A stretch of DNA of 12,568 bases. It comes from a bacterium. Lineage in GTDB: Bacteria; Methylomirabilota; Methylomirabilia; CAVQYV01. Location of the stretch: NCBI GenBank assembly GCA_043800755.1, contig JAZDMQ010000024.1:1-12568 (forward strand). The letters run 5' to 3'. Below are positions 1-4,733 of this stretch, piece by piece. Each line of letters begins with the position of its first letter. Position 1 is the first letter of the stretch. The position numbers and the translations under genes were made by a program. The notes beneath the pieces were generated by a model that was not told the DNA's origin, did not search any database, and saw only the letters and a program-made list of their open reading frames with translations.

Positions 1-467
1 GAGGCGATTTTTTTCTGGAGGGTTCGGGTGCTCCACCGTTCAATTCGGCACATCTCGGCGTAAAAGTCCCGCTGAAGGGAATCCTGAAGGTAGATGATGG
101 ATAGGAAATGGGTCCAGCTCAATTGTCTCATCAGTGCTGAGACAATCCGTTCATCGGGAAAGGCCTCGGCAAAACGAAGCATGTGCCGCAGGCTTTTTTC
201 GGAGAATCCTCTCCCATAATCCGCCTCCAATTGACGCGACAGTATAGAGACAATTGCCTCCCCATACTCGGCACGCTCTCCTTTAAGAATCTCCTCGTTG
301 ACCCGCCGACCAACCCGCCAGTAGAGCATGGTCAAGGCGGAGTTGACAAAAACGGCGACGCCTTGGCGCGTCTCTTCGATCATCCGGCGAAGGTCTTTCA
401 GAAGCAGAGGCGCAGCTTCCGGCGGAGCCGGTTTCGCTTTCTCCAAATCTCCCTTTCTGACGGTCAT
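1..467 (-). CDS. yhcG: YhcG/DUF1016-family protein (N-terminal domain of a PD-(D/E)XK nuclease-family protein), truncated by the window edge
   Basis: Manual translation from ATG 467, preceded by GGAGGGG, is open to position 1: MTVRKGDLEK...LLKDLRRMIEETRQGVAVFVNSALTMLYWRVGRRVNEEILKGERAEYGEAIVSILSRQLEADYGRGFSEKSLRHMLRFAEAFPDERIVSALMRQLSWTHFLSIIYL...QRDFYAEMCRIERWSTRTLQKKIA. It has the DUF1016 N-terminal motifs VN...LYWxxG, YG, GFS..L..M..F, LSWTH and RxFY....W. Absent from the ORF track because there is no stop codon in the window. Confidence 0.92.
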   Translation of the reverse strand, partial: MTVRKGDLEKAKPAPPEAAPLLLKDLRRMIEETRQGVAVFVNSALTMLYWRVGRRVNEEILKGERAEYGEAIVSILSRQLEADYGRGFSEKSLRHMLRFAEAFPDERIVSALMRQLSWTHFLSIIYLQDSLQRDFYAEMCRIERWSTRTLQKKIA

Positions 468-525
468 GGCGTCCCCTCCAGCAACTTGACCACATTCTCC
501 GCGCTCCGCTCTTCCATGCTTCGCA

Positions 526-560
526 CCCTCACCCCGGCCCTCTCCCAGGGGGAGAGAGAG
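526..560. repeat. Palindromic repeat copy 1 (REP/BoxC-like)
   Basis: ccctcaccccggccctctccc-agg-gggagagagag: pyrimidine tail plus a CTCTCCC/GGGAGAG stem. Confidence 0.85.
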
Positions 561-638
561 TTCTTGCAATGGTTTCTCATCACTCCCTCTCCAACAACTT
601 GACCACATTTTCTGCGATCCGCTCTTCCATGCTACGCA

Positions 639-673
639 CCCTCACCCCGGCCCTCTCCCAGTGGGAGTGGGAG
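639..673. repeat. Palindromic repeat copy 2 (REP/BoxC-like)
   Basis: ccctcaccccggccctctccc-agt-gggagtgggag. Confidence 0.85.
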
Positions 674-690
674 TTTTCGATTAGCTTGGT

Positions 691-2772
691 TCATATGCCC
701 GCCTCCAGTAACAGGCTGATATTTTCGGCAATGCGTTGCTCTAACTCGCGGGCCTCGGCGTTGAGGGTTTCCAGCTCCTCGTTCTGCTCCTCCAGCCGCT
801 CTTTGAAGTCAAAGTCCTCCTCGGCGCGGGCGGCCACGCCCACATAGCGGCCGGGGTTGAGGCTCCAGCCCTGGGCTTCGATCTCGCTTAGAGTGGCCAC
901 TTTGCACAAGCCCGGTACGTCCACGTACCGGGCACCCTCACCCCTGGCCCCTTTCCCAGAGGTAGAGGGGAGGAAGCCGTATTCGGCCAGAAGCTTGGCG
1001 CTGCCATGCGCATCTTCCGGCGTCTCGCCGCGATAGAGCCGGGCGATGTTGGCCAGGAACTCGATCTGCGCCGGGGTCCAGTCGCGGTGGGCGCGGTCTA
1101 ATTGCCTGAAAATCTGGCGCCCGTCGATGAACAGAACAGTATCTCTGTACCGAGCGCCTTCCGTTCCGCAGTCGACCCGATCTTCAGGCAAACCCTCACC
1201 CCTGGCCCCTCTCCCACAGGGAGAGGGGGTTTCCGCACCCTGAGAGGTAGAGGGGAGGTTGGCCATGATCGTTTGGAGAACAGATTCGACGGAGTCGAAG
1301 ACTTGATGATTTGGAAAACGAAGAACACGATAACCCGAGGTGCTGAGATACGCATCGCGTTTCGCGTCCTGTTCACGTCGGCTGGCGTCATCGTGCACAC
1401 CGCCACCCAGTTCAACGACCAAGCCGTACTCCGGGCAGAAGAAATCAACGATGTAATCCCCTATCTGATGTTGGCGACGGAACCTGAGTCCAGCCAGTTT
1501 CCGGTCACGCAGCAAATTCCACAAGAGATCCTCGGCGGGGGTCTGATTCTTCCGGAGCTCGCGGGCCTCTTCCTTTAACCCCTGGAAGATGTAACCTCCT
1601 TTCCCGCCGGGAGAGGACTGAGGTGAGGGTGGACAAGGCGGAAGCGACGCTTTCGCCTTGTCCATGAACCATAGAGTGCAAGGCAAGATTACCGTATAGA
1701 AGAAGTTGGAGCCGACAGCAATCATCACATCAACTGCACTGCTCTGGATCAACTTCTGCCGGATCTCCAGCTCACTGGCCCGGGCATCGCTGGCAGAGTT
1801 AGCCATGACGAAGCCAGCCCGGCCCGTAGGACTCAGCGCGCTGTAGAAGACCTGAATCCAGAGATAGTTAGCATTATCCGCCTTGGGGAGGCCCAAGGGG
1901 AAGCGAGGGTCATCCTTGATCCGCTCTTTGTCCACCCGATCCACATTGAACGGAGGATTGGCCATGACGAAGTCGAATTTGCCCACGCTGCGGTGGATGT
2001 CCTCATAGTAGCTGTTTCCTTGGCGGATGTCGCCGGAGAGGCCATGAACAGCCAGGTTCATCTTGCACAGGCGGACGGTCTCCAGGGTTTTCTCCTGGCC
2101 ATAGACCATGATCTCGGCGCTCGGATTTCTCTTGTGATTCTCCACGAAGCGGGCGCTCTGGACAAACATGCCGCCTGATCCGCAGGCAGGGTCGAAGATC
2201 CGCCCATGGTAGGGCTCGATCACCTCGACGATGAGCTTCACGATGGAGGTGGGGGTGAAGAACTCCCCGCCCTTTTGCCCCTCACTCATCGCGAACTTGC
2301 CCAGGAAGTACTCATAGATCTTACCAAAGGCATCGCCCTCGATGTCCATGGGCACGGCAGCGAAGGTCTTGAGCAGGGTGAAGAGGGTGGCGTTGTCCAG
2401 GCGGGAATAGGTCTTGGGCAGGACATCTTTCAAATCTTCGTTTTCCGCCTCAATGGCCTTCATCGCCTCGTTGATGGCCTTGGCAACGTCAGCTCCCTCC
2501 GGCAAATTGAGCAGGGTGGAGAAGCGGGCCTGCGGCGGCAGGTACATGACTCCCCGGGCCTGATAGTCGTATTTCCCGACGCTGCGCCGACCGCTCCCTT
2601 GGCCCTGCAATTCCTGCTCCACCTGCGAGAACTTGTGGTCGGCATAGCGTAGAAAGATCAGGCCGAGGACCGGCACCGAGTATTCCGAGGACTTGAGCTT
2701 GGAATTGGCCCGCAGCTCATCCGCCGCGTCCCAGAGTCTCTTTTCGATCTCATTGTTATTCGCAACGGCCAT
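691..2772 (-). CDS. hsdM: Type I restriction-modification N6-adenine methyltransferase subunit M, carrying an in-frame DUF559-like insertion
   Basis: N-terminal [12 protein letters not shown]...[17 protein letters not shown], motif [10 protein letters not shown], motif IV NPPF and C-terminal [10 protein letters not shown]. Start placed at ATG 2772 (GAGG upstream) rather than TTG 2814. Confidence 0.96.
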   Translation of the reverse strand: MAVANNNEIEKRLWDAADELRANSKLKSSEYSVPVLGLIFLRYADHKFSQVEQELQGQGSGRRSVGKYDYQARGVMYLPPQARFSTLLNLPEGADVAKAINEAMKAIEAENEDLKDVLPKTYSRLDNATLFTLLKTFAAVPMDIEGDAFGKIYEYFLGKFAMSEGQKGGEFFTPTSIVKLIVEVIEPYHGRIFDPACGSGGMFVQSARFVENHKRNPSAEIMVYGQEKTLETVRLCKMNLAVHGLSGDIRQGNSYYEDIHRSVGKFDFVMANPPFNVDRVDKERIKDDPRFPLGLPKADNANYLWIQVFYSALSPTGRAGFVMANSASDARASELEIRQKLIQSSAVDVMIAVGSNFFYTVILPCTLWFMDKAKASLPPCPPSPQSSPGGKGGYIFQGLKEEARELRKNQTPAEDLLWNLLRDRKLAGLRFRRQHQIGDYIVDFFCPEYGLVVELGGGVHDDASRREQDAKRDAYLSTSGYRVLRFPNHQVFDSVESVLQTIMANLPSTSQGAETPSPCGRGARGEGLPEDRVDCGTEGARYRDTVLFIDGRQIFRQLDRAHRDWTPAQIEFLANIARLYRGETPEDAHGSAKLLAEYGFLPSTSGKGARGEGARYVDVPGLCKVATLSEIEAQGWSLNPGRYVGVAARAEEDFDFKERLEEQNEELETLNAEARELEQRIAENISLLLEAGI
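935..973. repeat. Palindromic repeat copy 3, in frame inside the hsdM C-terminal region (encodes [13 protein letters not shown])
   Basis: ccctcacccctggcccctttccc-aga-ggtagaggggagg, with the same tail and stem design as the other copies. Confidence 0.85.
1193..1229. repeat. Palindromic repeat copy 4 (encodes [12 protein letters not shown])
   Basis: ccctcacccctggcccctctccc-aca-gggagaggggg, with a perfect CCCCTCTCCC/GGGAGAGGGG stem. Confidence 0.9.
1235..1258. repeat. Partial repeat copy 5 (internally deleted relative of copy 3)
   Basis: gcaccct-g-agaggtagaggggagg; 1243-1258 is identical to 958-973 (16 bp). Confidence 0.65.
1598..1629. repeat. Palindromic repeat copy 6, opposite orientation (encodes [11 protein letters not shown])
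   Basis: cctttccc-gcc-gggagagg-actgaggtgaggg; its reverse complement ccctcacctcagtcctctccc... matches the family. Confidence 0.8.
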
Positions 2773-2814
2773 CCTGAACCTCGGTTTTCGAATGTTGTGT
2801 GGATACCCCGGCAA

Positions 2815-3016
2815 GCCTGGGGCACTTTCTCTTGCCGGTCCGGCCGGCTCCTGAGCGACCTTGTGCGCTTATGAGCGAGGAGAGCTCGGAGAAGTGAGGC
2901 CGAGCTGTCTGAGCCCTCCGCTGGGATTTGGAGGAGGGCGAGTTCTCGGCCGCCGAGATCGCACGAGCAAATGCACGCGGGAGCGAAGGGGACGGCCGGA
3001 CCGATGTGCCTTGGGC
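2815..3016. other. Putative structured non-coding element (nested long stem-loop; repeat/MITE-like element or ncRNA)
   Basis: Nested pairings by eye: 2815-2825/3006-3016 (3 G-U), 2836-2846/2993-3003 (perfect 11 bp), 2848-2852/2987-2991, 2885-2889/2953-2957, 2898-2904/2945-2951 and 2913-2919/2933-2939. No convincing ORF. Confidence 0.6.
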
Positions 3017-3134
3017 GCGAAGAACCCAATCACCCCCGGCTGAAGCCGGAAAACTCAAAGCAATTAGTTAGTAGTCAGAAATATATCAGGGTCGATTTCA
3101 AAGTAAAGCCTTTTTCCTGTTACGTCTTTTAGGG

Positions 3135-3162
3135 TTGACAATTTCCCAACTTGGCCGATAAT
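3135..3162 (+). promoter_or_regulatory. Candidate sigma70-type promoter for the glycosyltransferase-helicase genes
   Basis: TTGACA (3135-3140), 16-bp spacer, GATAAT (3157-3162), with AT-rich sequence upstream. Confidence 0.6.
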
Positions 3163-3170
3163 CGGGCGAA

Positions 3171-4733
3171 ATGGAAATGAGAATGGAGGGCGGAGGGCAA
3201 ATCGAATCAAGGGGGCTTTCCAGCGGATCATGGGGCATGGAGGGCGAGTCGGTTCGGAAATGGCAGATCCTCCTCGTCATTCTGGTCTTTGCCGTGGCGG
3301 CCTTCCTCCTCTTCTTCCGCCTGGGCGCGGGCAGCCTCCATTCCTGGACCGAGGCGATCTACGCCGAAATCTCCAAGGAGATCCTGGCCACCGGGGATTG
3401 GAACACCCTCCATCACAATGGAAGAGTCTACCTGAAGAAGCCCCCTCTCTTCATGTGGCTCACCGCCTTGGCCTATCAGGCCCTGGGAATCAGTGAGTTC
3501 TCCGCCCGCCTCGCCTCTCCCCTCTTCGCCCTGGGGATCTTTCTGCTCGTCTATCTATTCGCTCGCCGGATCGGCCCCTGGCCCGTGGGATTGGGGGCCA
3601 TCCTCCTCCTGCTCCACGGGGTCAAGGACTGGCAATATGCCCACCGTTTCAATTTCCTGGCCCTCTGCCGGGTGGGCAACCTGGAGATCCCCCTCACCTT
3701 TTTTATCGCCTGGGCGATGTATCTTTGTTGGAGGGGGCGCGAGCGCCCGCGCTGCCTTCTCTGGATGGGAATCCCCTTGGGTCTCGGAATCATGACCAAG
3801 AGCGCGGTGGGCCTGCTCCCCTTTCTCATGGCCCTCCTCTTCGTGTTCTTCACCCGAAAACGGATCGTCTGGAGTTGGCGCCATCTGGCAGCCGGCCTGG
3901 GCCTGGGGCTCCTCATCGCTGCCCCCTGGCACCTCGGCCAGCTCCTCCTCCACGGCCGCCATTTCTGGGACGATTATGTCTCGGTCACCCTATTCTCCCG
4001 GGTCAGCCATTATCTGACCCGCACCAAAGGCGAGACCTATTATCTGGCCATCCTCCGCAAGGGGTTCGGCCTGTCCGTCTATTTGCTTCCCCTCGCACTC
4101 CCCTATGCGCTGTACCAGGGGGCGCGAAGGCGGGACGATGCCAGCCTCCTCCTGCTCCTCTGGGCGCTGCTACCCCTCTTGCTCTTCTCCCTCTCCCGGG
4201 ACAAGAATGGATGGTATATTGCCCAGATCTATCCGGCCATGGCCCTCCTGCTCAGCCGATTTCTGTGGGGTGCCTCGAAGAGGCCCTGGGCCTTCGGCCT
4301 GGTCATTGCCTTGCTCTTCGCCTCTGGCCTGCGTTTTCCCCCGCCCGCCGACCCGGCACGGGACATCAAGGCCCTGGCCCCTTGCATCCAGGCCTGGGTC
4401 AAGCCAGGGGAGATCCTTTATGAATACGGGGTGGGGTTCGGTACCCCGGCCCCCAACCTGACCTTCTACGCCGATCGCTTCACCCGCTCGCTCAGAAAAA
4501 GGCCTCTGGCCGAGGCCCTGGAGACAGAGGGCCGCTTTTTAGCGACCACCACCGATTATTGGCACCAGGATGAGCAGGGAGGCAGATTGATCTGCCAATC
4601 GGGGAGATGGGTCCTGCTGAAGGCGGAGGGGCGGGGAACGGGCAAGGCCAGCCATGCCCAAGAGGTCGAGGCAGGAAAGGCACCCGCCCCTTCTGAAGGT
4701 GAAGAGGATGAAACCTCGTCGGAGGCCGAATGA
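3171..4733 (+). CDS. ArnT/PMT-like (GT-C fold) integral membrane glycosyltransferase
   Basis: Many hydrophobic segments; LFFRLG..SL.SWTEAIYAEISKEI...GDW, YLKKPPLFMW, GISEFSARL, GIMTKS..G, AAPWH and WYIAQIYPA.ALL. The start is uncertain (ATG 3171, 3177, 3183 or 3237). Confidence 0.85.
   Translation: MEMRMEGGGQIESRGLSSGSWGMEGESVRKWQILLVILVFAVAAFLLFFRLGAGSLHSWTEAIYAEISKEILATGDWNTLHHNGRVYLKKPPLFMWLTALAYQALGISEFSARLASPLFALGIFLLVYLFARRIGPWPVGLGAILLLLHGVKDWQYAHRFNFLALCRVGNLEIPLTFFIAWAMYLCWRGRERPRCLLWMGIPLGLGIMTKSAVGLLPFLMALLFVFFTRKRIVWSWRHLAAGLGLGLLIAAPWHLGQLLLHGRHFWDDYVSVTLFSRVSHYLTRTKGETYYLAILRKGFGLSVYLLPLALPYALYQGARRRDDASLLLLLWALLPLLLFSLSRDKNGWYIAQIYPAMALLLSRFLWGASKRPWAFGLVIALLFASGLRFPPPADPARDIKALAPCIQAWVKPGEILYEYGVGFGTPAPNLTFYADRFTRSLRKRPLAEALETEGRFLATTTDYWHQDEQGGRLICQSGRWVLLKAEGRGTGKASHAQEVEAGKAPAPSEGEEDETSSEAE

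Larger units (their letters stand above)
476..673. repeat. Two direct repeat units (476-560 and 589-673, offset 113 bp), each a palindromic repeat fused to a copy of an hsdM-like 3' end
   Basis: Manual alignment gives 8 mismatches in 85 nt. The minus-strand translations MEERSAENVVKLLEGTP* and MEERIAENVVKLLERE* resemble the HsdM C-terminus [17 protein letters not shown]. Confidence 0.9.
1147..1647 (-). mobile_element. In-frame insertion (~501 bp, 167 codons) in hsdM: DUF559/Vsr-like endonuclease domain bracketed by inverted palindromic repeats
   Basis: Interrupts HsdM between [10 protein letters not shown] and RDTVLFID. The core (~1258-1578) reads [18 protein letters not shown]....[18 protein letters not shown].....VVELGGGVH.......D..RD..L...GYRVLRF.N..V, typical of DUF559. 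Repeat copies at 1193-1229 and 1598-1629 are in opposite orientation. Mobility is inferred, not shown. Confidence 0.8.

Noticed and set aside
476-750. CRISPR array interpretation of the regularly spaced repeats
   Set aside because: Only two to three long, diverged units, no unique spacers of CRISPR type, no cas genes, and the repeated part is hsdM-like coding sequence.
183-847. Plus-strand ORFs 183-602 and 569-847 sharing the peptide NLTTFSAxRSSMLRTLTPALSQ
   Set aside because: The shared peptide is the antisense reading of the 113-bp repeat; both ORFs overlap yhcG or hsdM on the opposite strand.
1147-1647. Intein or classical IS interpretation of the hsdM insertion
   Set aside because: No Hint-domain blocks or terminal His-Asn followed by Cys/Ser/Thr, no transposase motifs and no direct target-site duplication seen.
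2815-3016. 6S RNA or tRNA assignment for the structured element
   Set aside because: Length and rod shape are 6S-like, but I see no large unpaired central bubble and no tRNA cloverleaf or T-loop motif. An Infernal search would settle it.
2658-3280. Short ORFs in the hsdM-glycosyltransferase intergenic region
   Set aside because: No recognisable domains; they overlap one another, hsdM or the structured element.
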